A stretch of DNA of 64,000 bases from Phoronis australis. Its lineage: Eukaryota; Animalia; Phoronida. The stretch is from NCBI GenBank assembly GCA_002633005.1, contig NMRA01000152.1:62001-126000 (forward strand), written 5' to 3'. Below the pieces are notes generated by a model. That model was given only the letters and a program-made list of their open reading frames with translations. It made no database searches and had not been told where the DNA came from. The first letter of the stretch is position 1, and each line of letters starts with the position of its first letter. This document shows, in pieces, positions 23,801 through 38,800 of the stretch. The translations under genes were made by a program, and so were the position numbers.

Positions 23801-26800
23801 TCAGATCTGTTGTTCTCGACAACTTTGCGCTAGCCTTTTTAGTGCCAGAGGGCACAACCAAGAGAAGAGGTTGGTTTGACATCGATTGAACATAAAGAGG
23901 AGTGGGTGTATACCCGAGCAGGGTGGGCTTGTATGGTTTTACACCTGAGAATAACTCAGAGGTAGGGAGTGGGCATGTACTCGAGTCAGTCTTACACCTG
24001 AATGAATATGATATCTAAAGAGGATTAAACAGCTTAATGAACAGGAGCTGTGGATAACCTTGTGAGTCTTCAAAATTGCTTTAGGAAGTCGACAACTGTT
24101 TTTCTAAGTTATTGGATGTCGGCCTAATGACAGGAATAAACTAATTTAGTCTTCAAAGCTACTTAAACACAAGTTCCCAACACTGTTTTTCTTGGATATA
24201 GACCGTCTTGAGGACAGCAGTAGTAGAGGCTGGTACAAACCTTTAATATACTTCATGCCAAGAGACAATCCCTTCACTGGCATTACTGAGATAAGGTAAT
24301 ACTTGACAGCTTCATAGACGTTCGACTCGGTGGAAAGCTCTTCAGCTTTCTTCAAGCATTCATCCAAATTGGGTAACCCACACTGTTGAAGAAATACGTC
24401 AATATAAGTGTCTACGTGAAACTTAATATACTTCACTAGAATCATTCAGTCTGACAACCAACAAGTGAACACAATAACACTGCTTTAATATGGTCACCAT
24501 GCCTACTTAAGTGGAACAACACAATGCAAGTAGAGTGAGTGTCAAGTGGCAGCGCTATCACTTAAAGTACTTTAAATTATTTAAAACAATTCTTCCATAA
24601 CGTACAAAACAATTCCTACATAACGTACAAAACAATCCAATTTATTTTGCTTTTGCTCAATGCTCTTGGTCACAAAGATGCCAACACATCAATACTCTAT
24701 CTGCGCTTATTTATTGCCTGAAGGAACATGACTGTGAAAGAACTGGTGTGCATGTCAGTAATCCACCAATGTCCGCGCGCTTGACTATTACGACAGTGGT
24801 AAATCACTTTTTTCAAATTCACCTACAATAAATTAGAGAGTATTCGCGCAAAATGACTCGTAATTCTCCGTTATGACCAACAATAAAGGGGAGTTGACAA
24901 CAAAGTTAGAGGGGTGGCTAAGCCATTTTGTAATAGTCATTACCGGTCACTTTTAACATAACTAGCTTTAAGGATAGGGAAACGGTATTTTGCCTGAATT
25001 CTTTTGTCCTGCACTGTAAAAGCACCAATTATGCACAATAACATCAGGGGGCGAGTATAGTTCATTGATTGTTTCAATGAGAAGCTAAATCACCCCTAAC
25101 TTGATTAACTCCACCTTGAAATTTGTCATTCTGGCTTGTATTATTTATAACACTGCATGGGACAAAAGTGATCAGTTTTATTAGACTTCAAAAGAACCAA
25201 TTGAAAACAAATGATTCCGGCCACCCTGAAACATTTACCAAAGCCACACTTTTCAAGGTACAGAATGCACAAATTAAGAAAGAGGCTCACCCGTTCATGA
25301 ATGCTGTTAATATCGGCTAGAGTACCAGAACAACGGGCGCACACTCGCACCAAAGGCTTGTTGTTGTCTTCAATAGTTTTCAGCAGGTCCACGGCTAAGT
25401 CCCTGCACAGGAAGTCGATAGGTTAGTTTTAGAGTCCAGTTTTATCAAGAGATCGTTGTACTTAACACTACACGGGAAACAAATATTCCATATTTTAGCA
25501 TTAAACGAGTGCTTCCAAAAATCTTGCGGAGAAACCTTCACATGCAATATTATATTGCACTCCCACAGAAAACATGCACCCGAAGTGTTGAGCATTGTGT
25601 TCACTAATTAACAAGACAATATCCCTTGAACTGTTATCAGGCTTGACATTATGTATTTCAAATGACACAAATACACTCATTTCAAAGTTCAGATATTTTG
25701 TGCAAACACAATAAATGCAATATTATATGCCAATTTAATGAACAAATTACACATAAAACTTGAAACTAAATCATACAAGAGAGTAGAATTTTGCCATCAA
25801 AAACATAAAATTCCGATCGTACAACACACACAAACAAAGCAAAGACAAAACGAAACAACAACAAGGTTATGCAGAACCTTAATTTACTAGCCAAATACCA
25901 ACAAATTTTAGCCCAATGAAAGCATGCAGTTTCTGAAAGCCTGTTGCATTTAGTTTTTTGACTTTACACTAATCTGACATTTATTGGGTCACATGACCGT
26001 GTCTTCTTAGTAAAAATTTTTGGCAAAAACGAAAGGTAACATTTAATTCATACCAAAACAATGGTATTCCGCAAACACAATCAAACTTGGTTCGATATAG
26101 ATGTTCATGTCAAAAATGGCGCTACAGTTTTCTAAATTAACATTTCATTTATTTCATTTTATGCAACTGTTGAGTTTTTCATGAAAAGTCAAAAAACCTT
26201 CATTTTTGACAGGCCCTCATGCAAAAATGAGACATTATAAAAACAACATCCGAAAAGCTTTTTGAAGAACTTTGCATACAGCATATTTGAAAGTTTCCTA
26301 TGAATCCGTCCAGTCAAATGACGTTCATAAGTTGGCCAAATTTTGAACACTTTTTCTAGGGTCCTACAAAACCTCTTAACAAGCACATAGAGACGGATTA
26401 GAGAGTTTTAGCAAACACCAACATGGTACCTCCAGTCAAAAAACATGTTAAAGTCACTGGTTAGCACAGGAAATACAAAAAATATACAATAAATTCTAAC
26501 TAAAATGGTCATCAAATAAAACAACAAATTCAAACTCAATGACTGAGTATTAACTAAAGAAAAAACGATATCCCAACATGTATTGCTTAGAAAAGAGCAT
26601 TTTCCCCATTTCAAAGTATTAAAATGACACTAGACAATTAAGACTGCAAAAACAGAAAAGAAAAATTAAAGCAACAAAATATCCCCTATGCGTTATATAC
26701 AAACAGACTACTGCAATACTACTTTAACTACTAGACACCAAATAATATGACACGTTTCATTCCCATTCAAACAGAAAAGTGCTATTACGAGGCCAAGCCT

Positions 26801-29800
26801 TTACCCCACCCTCCTCACCATTTAGCCAGTCTTTCACATCGCCTGGCCAGGTATTCCACAGCCTGCCCAGTCAGTGCACTACCTTTCTTCAATACAGTGC
26901 CCACACCAACAGCAAGCTCCAGTTCATTGCCACGGATGAGTTTGGAGATGGCCAACTGAAAATAGGCACCACTTGCAGTAACGATAATTTAACTGATCAG
27001 AATAAAAATCTGTTCATGATGGACTATATGCTAATCCGTACAGTAACTTATTCTTTGCACCCTTGTAATCTGCATGCTATTAGACTGAATCGTCAAATGA
27101 AACAAAATTCAAATATTGAATAAACTTGAAAGAACATTTTACTATATAAAATAATTGTGAGTCATAATAGCTGACTTTCAAAAGTTACATCATATCCTAA
27201 AATTAGTATCAGAGATTCCAGAAACAAATGTCAAATTAAGCAAAAAGTTCTTCAAAAAAGTTCGAAGGCATTTTAAAAAGCAACATGAAATGTTTAAAAG
27301 TGACTTGAAACACAAAATGCTCCAGACATTAGAAGACTATAAAGACATGCGACTCTCACGTTTGTACAAAGCAGCACAAACAGCTCTAACTCTTGGTAAA
27401 ACAAGTCTCATAGATGAACATTTGGTATCAAATAATCTCTCCCTACCTCACAGTCATCCACCGCAAGGTGGCAGCACGCTGCAGTGATGGCTGACCCGTT
27501 CCTGAAGTACCAGTCGGCCAGGCGGCAACTCGTGTCGTGTAACAATCTGCCATGGGATCAGAACATGTTTCAAACGGGGAATTTCTGATAGTAGGCCCAG
27601 GGTGTACCTTCATGCATTTATGACTTTAGAACATTACTGATAAATGACAGAAAACAAATGTTAAGTCATTTTAGAACTGTTTGAAAATGACAAGACACTA
27701 ACTGGAAACATACAGGACAATAACTGACTACACAATATAACCTGTCTGATTTGAGTACCACTGAGATTTGCGAAATAACCAATCTTAAATTTATCATACA
27801 AATAAACCTTAATTCTAAGCAACTTAATCATTGTACTGAGCTGCCACCCTCACAAGGCAAACAATGGGATATAACAGTATACTACGGAGAAACCTGCAAT
27901 AGACTTTTCATTGAAGAGCACATCATACAAAAATCGTAATCTGCTCACTTGTCCACATCCTTGGAAGTCTTCACACCATTAACTTGGCCATTGTGGGCCT
28001 GCTCTGTATTTCCACAGTTTATGCTGCCCTCATGTGCCGCGGTGGCGGTCAGCATAGCATCCTGCATGTGGCCGTGCTTCACTAGCAGGTCAACCAATTG
28101 GACAGCATCGCCTGCTGCGACACAGTAAGGTACCGCCTCTTCCTGGTCCTGTTTCACCAGGTGGCCAACATACCTGCAGAGATGAGAAGTTTATATTTCA
28201 TCCCTAATGCTAGCTCTCCCAATAATTGATTTGTTTGACTGTCAGTCACGTAATGACTCCAGTAAGTTTAAAATTCAGTTCCAGGGCCACAAGCTTAGTA
28301 ATCTCTGAATTCCAACTTCACTTTGACATTTCCTCTTCTACTTTAGTATGAACTAAAAGTGGAACTTGCACGCTAATTCCTTATCTCTGTGATTGGTTGG
28401 TCAAATTAGTTAGAAACACAACATATAGCGATGATGTGAATATGAAGTAGGTTGAAAATTGCCAAATGCTTTTAAGAACGAGTTTTGTGTCGAAAGTGAT
28501 TGGTCGTAAATCACTCAACCGTGTCTAGTAAGTATCGTGACGTAGTGTTGGAGAATAAAACCGCATGATGTGGGTTATGTGAGCCCCCAAGGTACATCAT
28601 TAGTGCAAAGGTCATCTATTTTTTGTTTTTACAAGTTGCCAGTGATTACAACTGCCCTTTGTTTGGCGTAGATGATGTTCAAATAGCATTGTCATTTAGT
28701 TCCGGTCATACATTAGCATAGTTAGGAGCATGCAAATCATTTTGGCTTTAAACCTACCTTAAACAAAAATACATGATTTCGCCTCCTTACAGCCATGAAA
28801 TTGGTCTCAAATTGGTCTCTAATTGTATAGCAGAAAGTGGTCAAAATCAAGAGTTTGCTTCTTGGGCAGAATGGGACTTTATAACAGCCTTTAAGATTAG
28901 TCTATTATTATGAAATGACCCCATTCCATATCTATGCAAGAAAATTCCTTTTTGGTTCATGTTCCAAACAAAATGCTGTGACTGCCATACTTCTTTGACT
29001 TGCGAAATGGTCACTGAACAATATTTATCTTTTCAATAAGGTTACACTAAGCCGGCTGAATTTCATTTTCCTTAGTCAATGCATCTAACTAACAGCAATT
29101 ACATGTAACCTTAGTAACAAGCATCAAAAGTACACTTATGTCCACATTATATTTAGAGCTAGTGCTAGGTTTTCTGCAAATCATCACTCGAAAGCTTAAT
29201 TGATTCAAACAACACAGACTCTAGTTCTTTGAAATTACCTTTCTACGAGTGACTGCCAGTAGTCCATGGATGCCCCAGGGGCAACAGACAATGCTTTTTC
29301 CCACTAAAAAAAGAAATGGTTACCATGGAAACTAAGAGTAACACAATCATGCAATTACAATGCACCATCACGTACAGACTGAGTACAATGTACATTGAAC
29401 AAGAGAAATGTCGAAGTAATCAGTCTTAAACTTTTACTGAAAACTCCATAGTGTCAATTTTGTACCATTCAAACTAAACTCTTACTCTGCCCCNGAAGAA
29501 TATCTCAAAGAAGCGGCCAAGGATAAGGAGGTACAGTAAAAAACCTAAACCAAAGGCAGCACAATTAAGGTTTATACAGACTGTTGTAACACTACCTTCA
29601 AACAACAATTTGGTAATTGACATAACATTTGATTTACTCTAACTTAAAAATTGGTTAAGACCCGGGGGTTCTTGTGCAAGTAGGTAGGTAGGTAGGTAGG
29701 GGGTCCAGCTACACGTTCAAAATCTAGGCTGACCCAGCACCTGGGAAACTGGGAAAAATGGATATGCAACACTGTTATGTATTGAGTTTCTAACAGAATC

Positions 29801-32800
29801 TGACGTTTATTAGTTTCAGTAGCACTTAAAATGTATGACTGTTAATCACGTGTACTATGGCGTATAACCTTAAGTGTGTATAATAGTTTTGTTGCATGTG
29901 TTTTAGTTACTTTGATGTTGTTTGCTTCTGTGCTCATTACTTTGACAATAAAATTCTCATATCATTCAATTGGTTTTATATAAAACCTACACCAACGACG
30001 TGACAAACACCAGTTTTGAAAACTCCCTATTTTCTCGTTTAAACCATTGGGGATGATACCACCAATACCACAAAATATTCACACACACACAAGATACCCA
30101 AAAATAATCAACCAATCGGATACCTGAAAGAGTAAATCCCAACTAAAACACCTAAGAGGACAAAATGTCCATCCAATTAGGTGAAGTGTCTTTGGGGCCT
30201 TTCTTAAAAGATAGCCCCTCCCCGTCAAGGAATAGCTACACACCTGTCCCAGTCCCACGAGGATCTCGCAGTAGTTTTTAACATTCCCCAGACGTATATG
30301 AATATTGGCAGCCTCCATCAGTACATCTTCTCGCGTGCGTGACCTTGAACTTAACCCTGTTGCCATAACTATTTCTAACTCTCGTGCCTCACTCTGAAAC
30401 CGAGCAATGTATGGTAATAGTAACAGTTTTCTCCATTGAATAATGGGCATTAGAACGGTTCTCAAAATTGGTGACACCTGGAGGTGACCATGACAATCAC
30501 CCAATGGAGACTAACTGCTATCATTGAGTCACCATCGTTCCAGTGGAAACAATATACTTTATAAGGACTGGGTAACAGAAAAACAGCCACTTGATTATAA
30601 GTTGGGCTGGCAACGGAAGAATTAATTAAGAAATGGTGAATGATATGATACGTGATAATGCTGTGCAGCTTTTGTGCAAAAAGTTATCATGATAATGCTA
30701 TTGCGTCAACAAAAATATTACTTAACAAATTAATGATTAATTTTTACAAGTATGATATCATTTTGCAACCTGCTCTCTTTTCCATCAAGGCTCATTCTGA
30801 CGACAGAATGAAAATTTCACCTCGCTTTACATGTGAATGTACGGTCATTTGCAATGCGACAGTATCAGTACATCCCTTAACAACTAAATATTCCAGTGCT
30901 AAGCCTATGACCTAACTATAACCCCCTTACCCCTTTAAACCTTGTCAGGTGCTTGACATGCATAATACCCTTTTTGTAGCCCTGTGACAACAAGCTGTCA
31001 TCCATGCCGTTCACCACAGACACAAGCTCCCATAAGTTCTCCACACCTTTCTGAAAACGTGAGAAACGGTGAAGAATCAGTGTAGGATCGTCCAAATTAT
31101 TGACATTTTCAAAAGCGAGCAAAACACCTGCGTGCAAAACCGACGTATGAATTAATAAAATAAAAAAGTGAGCTTTAATAGTTAATTGAGGAAAGTTTTT
31201 AATCTTAAAATAATACTGAGAAACTGTCCCAATTTATACAAAATGACTGGCTAGACAAGAATGTTCAGTTTTAAAGTTATATCTGAGGATTCAGTGGTGA
31301 CATCTAGTGGCGCCGTACAGTACACCAGTAACACTAGAGGACACAGGGATTGCACACCTTCCCCATATTGCTTTGTGCCTGATAAGGATTTATGTGTGTA
31401 ACAAAATAGATGACTTACACTTCACATTACTCCCCACAATTCGGAATTATTTTTCAAAGCCTAGTCAGTTTGTATGAATGCGTTGCTATAAGTCCACAAG
31501 TTGATAAGGCAAGTATAAGAATTGTTAATCTTGAACACAGCTTATCAACGTGAGAATTCATAGCAACGCGTTAATCCACACATTGATAAGGTATGCAAAA
31601 GAATCTCTGAACTTAAACGCCATATGTTGAGAAATTGCAGTCCCAAATTCAAGGTCCAGTTGCTACAGACACCTTTTCGGACATAAGCATAGGTTACATT
31701 ATGTAACCACCATATGGTATGTAACATAAAACACGCGCCTTACCCTGAAAAACTTAGAGATGGATTTCAGTGTTTGGCAGTGGGTATCTACGTCACCCTG
31801 GCTACTGTTGTCAAGGCACAGCTTCACCTCTTTGGATACCCTTCCCGCCAGCAGAGGTAAATGACCAGTGGACATGGCTTGTTCTGAAAAAGACAAACTT
31901 AAATGAAAATTTTCAAACTCAAGGTAACAAGCCAGCTTGTACATATACGTTGTTCAAATGGTTTGTTTTAAATAAATAAATTTTTAGATGATGATGTTAA
32001 TATTTAGTCATGTAAATCATTTTCCACTACGCCGTCCTACATTGGCCAGAGAAGTTAAAGCCAAATTAAATTTATTTCGTAGTTCAAAGACTTGAAAGAC
32101 TAGGAATTAGCAAGAGTAAAAGCAATGTACAAACAAGATTTCTTTAAAAGCCACACAGCAATCAATAACTCTGAAGTAACAAAAGCAGAACGGAATATCC
32201 AGAAAGTTTTTTCAAACCAATTGAGCCGGGAATAGCACGTTAAAATGAATAGCATTATTTTATAAATTGACGACAACCAGTGTTGAACATAGCAACCCAT
32301 TCTTTGCCAAATAATAAGCCACTCTCAGATGGTGGCGAAGCAGGTTTTTGGTAGAGAAGACAGTGATACAGGCGTTTCAGTTTCGAAAGCTTAGTCGAAC
32401 CACTCTCTTAGAATGAAATGTATTATGAAAACTCGTCACTCATAAATCATAGCCACAATATAGGAACAAACCGTATCTGACAGCAGTACAGGACACTAGA
32501 AAGATTGTCAGAAGTGAGCGATTAGTGAGCAGGCGGTAGATATGATTATCAATGATAAAGATGTGAGAAGATCGGACAAAAGAGAACTTGGCATCGGTGT
32601 TATCAGAAATCAAAATATTAATACTTATTATTTACAACAAAGGGTCAAAAACAATAAAATCTGAAAATATTCTTTGGAACAACTGTTGTAGGTACTTACA
32701 AAAAACAAGCCACTAACTAAAACACACAGTATTAGGCCAAAAACACATAACTGGTTCTGGTCTTGTGTTTATTTTGTAATCGAGTAAATTTATTCAGTTA

Positions 32801-35800
32801 CTCACTTTAATTTTCAAAAAAGAAAATTCACCTGAGATGAGCAAAAATGATGCGCAGCTTGTACCCATCGCTTAGCTAATTATCTTGTTTCAAACCTTGC
32901 TTATTTGCCTGTGCGCAGTTTTTCAAAAAACCGTCCCGAAACCTTGGCTGAAAATGATGGGGGCGGGAGTACAGATCTCAGAATGAGTCAAGGTATAGAC
33001 CAGAGCCAACTGTGCTTTTTTGGTCTGACGAGTGGACATTTGCAGGCAAATTAATTATGAATCACAACTGACAAGTAAAAAAGATCCTGCAGCAACATCC
33101 TTCCAATTTGTGTTGAGTTTCAAATCCACTTAATATTAATACCATCTATTGCGGTCACCACTTATACTGTGCTGTCGTTTTCCACAGGTTCATGTTTTCC
33201 AGAAATGAATTTGCTTTTCCACGACCCATTTTCCCCACAAAAGTAACCAGTAAATTTTACTAATCACTGTCACTAAGCATAATTGAATACCTGAGCTTGT
33301 GACGTGATCTTTTTACAGATAGTCCAGTATGCCACACTACAGTGCATTGTGGGATGACGATCATTCAAATCAGAATGAAACCAACCAATGAAAACAGAGA
33401 ACACACACCTTCGCGTCCAGCCAACAGGCTGGACGGATGATGGATATTTCACAAATCGCGAACCACAAAAAGGTCACTGAAGGTGTTTATTACATAATCT
33501 AAAATATTAGTTGTGAGATTTCCACGAGTTTTTTCCCATTTTCAATCTCCATGACCACTATGAATGGAATAATGAAGATGCCACTTCCCAGATTTCCCAT
33601 GAGTGGCAACCATAATTAATGGCACAAATGATGACTAAGGTAGAAGGCACAGGTCTTCACACTGTGCTCAGATCATTTGTCCCAAGACAATCGTTGAACT
33701 GAACAACACTAAATGAAAAACAAATTACACTTGACGACTCGATGCGGGAAGTGAGGAAAGAGTCAATTAGTCTTGCAAATGCACTTTTGAAAGATGGTGT
33801 AAATTTTTTAAAGTTAGAAATAGACGGAATAAAATTTGAATACCATTGAGGCTCCCACTGTCTCCTGTAATACAAGATGTAGAGATATGAAGTAGCTGGA
33901 GCCAATATCTCACTCGTCCAAAGCAAATAACAGGCACTCATCGAAGTGGATATTGAATATTCATAGGAAGGTGATAACCAATGACACCTGTTACCATAAC
34001 GATTCATTTGGCAGAATCCTGAGTAGTTATCAATATTGAGACCACACCAAGTGAGTGAAACAAAAATGGCCGAGCCATTACGCCATGTAGAAACAATTCA
34101 ACATACTTAGACATTACTCCACATTTAAGACCTGCAAAGTAACAGCTCAAAAAGCACTTGAAGGCTAACACTCAGTCAGATGTAATGCCTTGTAGTTTGT
34201 TTGCATCAAAATTAACCTGATGTTAATATATTTACCTGGTAAGGCGACAATATCAGACAGGGGTCGTTTGGCAATGATGTTCATTTCCAGGGGTTGAATA
34301 AGGGGCAGCAGGGACCAGATTCTTAGCGTGGAATCTCTGGAGCATGACGCAAGCACAAACGGTCGTCGTGGGTGACTACTCAAACCTGCCAAAGATGAAT
34401 ATATTATAAGTCATAAATTATCTAGATCTCAATAGGACTCTATGAAAAATAATGTTTGGTAATAACAGGGTGCTACATTTCACCCCACAATGCCCATTCC
34501 GACAATGATTTCTGTTTGCACTTTGTAATCATGGTGCGTGATTTCGGGTTACTTTGTTTGATTATTTTTGGGGTATAAAATACTCTTATTTCTCATGTTT
34601 CAGTTTTAAACGTCTGAAGAAGGAGCACTGTATCTACCTTCAGAATCACTCGTCACTTTGCCTATAGATGGCGCCATGCTGATGCCAGAAGAACAGCTTG
34701 ACATACTTTGATTTCCGACAAGATGAGTATACAATAACGGCAACCAAGACACAGGGCTTGGAATGACCCATGACAAAAAAGAGGAAATTTTTTACTGCCC
34801 CAAATATACATTGCAGTCTAAACAACCATATCTCAACAGATCGAAAGAAAACATTATTATCACAAGATTCCCAGTAACTGTGTCGTGTTGGCAAAACGCA
34901 CTCATCTTAAGCAGTACCTGACATCTATTTCAGCAACAATAATGAAGGCACGAAGATGCAACAAAAGATAGTTTTTAGAATTAATAAAAATGATAAAGAT
35001 AATGATAGAAAATTTGCAGAATGAGTGACAGAAGCTTATTCTTGATTTGCTGCAAGAAGACCTATAAAATCATTCTCAGTTCTTACAATTACGATACAAA
35101 ATTATGAAAAAATTTTGAAAATCAATCCAGAGATTACCTGGAAAGCCTGAAATACATACCCACTTAATTCCAACAAAAAATTTAATTCCAACGCAAACGG
35201 AAAAAAGTCAAGACAAAAACATGTGGCTCATAACCTAACTATTAGCATGGAAAAAATGAAAGTCAAAAACAACATACTTTAAACCATAAGAATACAACAA
35301 TCATAATCCTCAGTTGGCCAAACTTTTCAGTTTCAAACAGTAATTACAGGTGTTAATTGTTCATAAGCCACGCTGGTGTGGAACAAACTATGTAATGGAA
35401 GAAATAACAACAACGACACTCAAAACAGGCTACCAGAATTTGTGAAAAATGGCTTAGACCAATCAGATCATTCAGAACCTGGCACGTGACTACTTCTCTC
35501 TTAAATCACAAAGCCCAAGTCGGTCAAAATAAAACTTGTTAACAAAATAAAACATGAAAAATGTCAAAATAAATTGGAATACACCAACCGCAATTTAAAA
35601 CACATTTGCAATCAAAATAGCACTTTGTAGCCTGTTTGGGCGGCATGTACAAAATCGAACTCAGGCCTAATCATAATGACACAATGTAACAGCCAACTTG
35701 GCAACTGCCGGCACGGGCGTGCACGTGGGATCAAACAAAAGAATTTCATACATCACTTACATCCCCCGATTCCAATCCAACGAATTACCGGTTACGGTTG

Positions 35801-38800
35801 AATTTTATTTCAGAAAGCGTTTTCTTTGAATTCTTGTGTTTCATCGTTTCAGATGGTCCTCCGCGATTCGGCCAAGCACGCCGTAATGTCCCTCTGTCAA
35901 AGTTTACAGCGCGCAAACCCTGACTTTTGTTGTTTGCAAACGCACTGACCATTTCTTTTATCCACTTTTGCCACGGATTATTCTGTCTACTGCAAGCTCC
36001 ACGCATTTTTAGCTGTAGAATCGCACTACTTGTCAACGAGATTTCATGTATGTATTGGTGAACCACGCTATCCCAGGTGGCCCGGCAATTAGGATTTTCG
36101 TTCCTCCGAAACATATAGAGCAGTTTCCGCTTTTCGAGTTGTCGGTAACGCCACATTTAGAAACCAATTTGCTGCGGAAATTTTATGGCAAATCAGATTT
36201 TTTTCCACGGAAATATAACAAAAATGCGTAAATTCGCACTTCAGCGGAAAATTCCAAGCCTTGAAGACAGGAGAAAAGAAGAAAGATTCGGTAATTTACA
36301 TGGTACATTAAGTGTAAAAAATGAAATGAAAACTACAATTTCATGTTTAACTACTTTTTAAAACCCAGACATTTCAACCTGTTTTATTTCATTAGTACAA
36401 CATTGTCCCAAAGGCTTCTCCAGTTCTCAAATTAGTGATATATTGCTAGCTACATTTATATCTACTTCATTTTTTCAAAAAACTGATTAATTAATTTGAG
36501 ACAGAAATTCAAGGTCTGTTGCACAAGCACTCACCATAAACATCAGCACCGTGATCGAGCACCGTGTCGAGACACGCTCCATCCCGTGTATCCCACATAC
36601 GAATAGAATAGTCCCAGGAGCCAGAGACCAACAGGTAGGGTATCTCTGTGTTCCACAATAAGCCCCTGACAGGGGCCGAGTGTGAGCACAGGACTTGGAT
36701 ACAAGAGTCCTGCGTGTAGTCCCATATACGGATGGTACTGTAAGAAGAACGTATCAAAGGGAATTAAGCAGAGGAACCAACTGTGAGACGTGTATTTTGT
36801 GTTAACAATTTAAAGTAATCTATCTCATTGAATGCCACTGGTTGGCTTTAACTTAAAGGGTGCAGAACAGTTTTGAGAATTGGGATACTGATGTTGATAT
36901 CCGTGACTCTAATAGGACAACTTTTGCTTATTGATTCCTAAATAAACAAAGTAGCCGAGTTATACACAAAAAACAGTAGACAAATCCATTAAAAGACCTG
37001 CAGCATAAAACACTTTATGCTAAGTGTTAACCTTTTCCATCATAGCAACTTATTAACACAACATGAGTATGTTGTCTATAGGAGATTACATTCAATAAAG
37101 CCATAGCTGAGGTTTCAATAGCATCCTTACCCATCATCAGAGCCACTGCACAGAATGCCCTCCCTCAAAGGCGACCACTTCACCTGAAACACCTTTGCCG
37201 TGTGCCCGCTGAATGACTTTAATGGCTGTGAAGTTGTCGTGGCCAGGTAGAACACTCTCACCAGCTTGTCATCACAACCGGTAGCTATCATATCTCTGCA
37301 CAGAAAATAACATAGAAATTTCTCTGCATAGAAAATAACACAGAAATTCTTTCCAGTTACTTTCTAAGGATCAGTTATAGCATTAGGTGCATACTACATA
37401 ATTTATGAATATGTCAATCTCAATCTACATAATTTATGTACATGTTTAGGCCTATATGCCTTTACCAAAAAATGTGATTTTTGAATTTTGTACAACAGAT
37501 TTGGCCCAACGTGATTCCCAAACAGGCATATGGACGTATGCTTTACTTACAAGCTCATTTATGCTATGCCTTTTATGTGTCAGTCTTCAAATTGATTTTT
37601 CTCAGTGTTTTATCTAATGCATTCTTGACACTTTTCATTTATCACCTGCCTGATACAAATTCATATCAAACAAAATGGCGGTGCAAAACCACTATTCACA
37701 AAGTCTTATGTAAGAACAAGACCTAGACAAGTCTGGTATATCTTGTGAACATACTTGTTATTAGGCGACCAATCACAGCCAAACACTGCAGCAGGGTGTT
37801 TGTATCTGTGTAAGAGCTCTCCATCTACGTGTCTAATGATGCTGAAATGAAAGTGGTTGGCAATTACAGCACATTTCATCCATAATGAACTCACAATTAC
37901 ACATGGTCTGTACATTAAAGAAGTACTTGATGTAGAAATTTCAGAACTTCTGTTACCTAATGAAGCACAGGATGATTACACAATGCAGTGCTTACACAAA
38001 CTAATAGATGCAATGTTGATGTGCTAGCAGTGAAAGGCATACTGTTCGGTTAGGAACGTTGAATGCGCGACACAGTGCGAGAACGCGGTCCAAGGATAAT
38101 ACTAGTCTGAAGGAGGATAATAGTTTTATTACATACTCTTCTACTGATACTACTGAGTCTGTTACAATCCATGCGATCATACACTTATATAGTGACATAC
38201 ATGAATCATAACAGGATATACTGAACAAACATGTTTACTACAATTCTTCATGTTGGGGGTGTATTACGTAACACTTAATTCTGTGAACTGCTCCTACACA
38301 TGCACTCACTCGGATATGAGATCATACTCTAACATGCAACAAAAAAGAAAGTTGCCAAATCCATTTTTCTTAATGAGGCATCTTTCAACATTGTAATGAT
38401 TTAACAATTGAAAGAATTAGCAAAGTACTGCTACTCCAGCCTAGTTCAATCACATTGCGATAAAATGTTGAAAGAGAAAGGCCAAAATGATTGCCAATTA
38501 CGATTCTAATTAAGAGAAACATACCAATATCCATCTGCGCCACAGGTTGCTAGGCGACGAGAATCTTTGTGACACCATGCAACAGAGTACACACTACTCT
38601 TGCCATGCTGCAAAATAAAGGAAACGAAAACCCACTTAGAAAAGACCCTTCGACCAAAAAAGTTATTGTCAGTTTCAACACTTACCAATTCAAATTTATA
38701 GATTAAACAACATTACAAAGCTAAAACTTGTCCGTTCTACACGTTTTGATACTTAGACAACTTAATAGCTTCATCCACTGTTTGAAATTTTTTGTTACAT

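Noticed and set aside
31051-31743. Possible 6-nt microexon between WDR17 exons 13 and 14 (junction appears 2 aa shorter than vertebrate WDR17 as recalled)
   Set aside because: No convincing AG-N6-GT candidate found; a simple indel suffices.
35785-36156. 123-aa ORF as an independent nested gene
   Set aside because: It lies inside the hAT-like element and only partly overlaps frameshifted transposase remnants.
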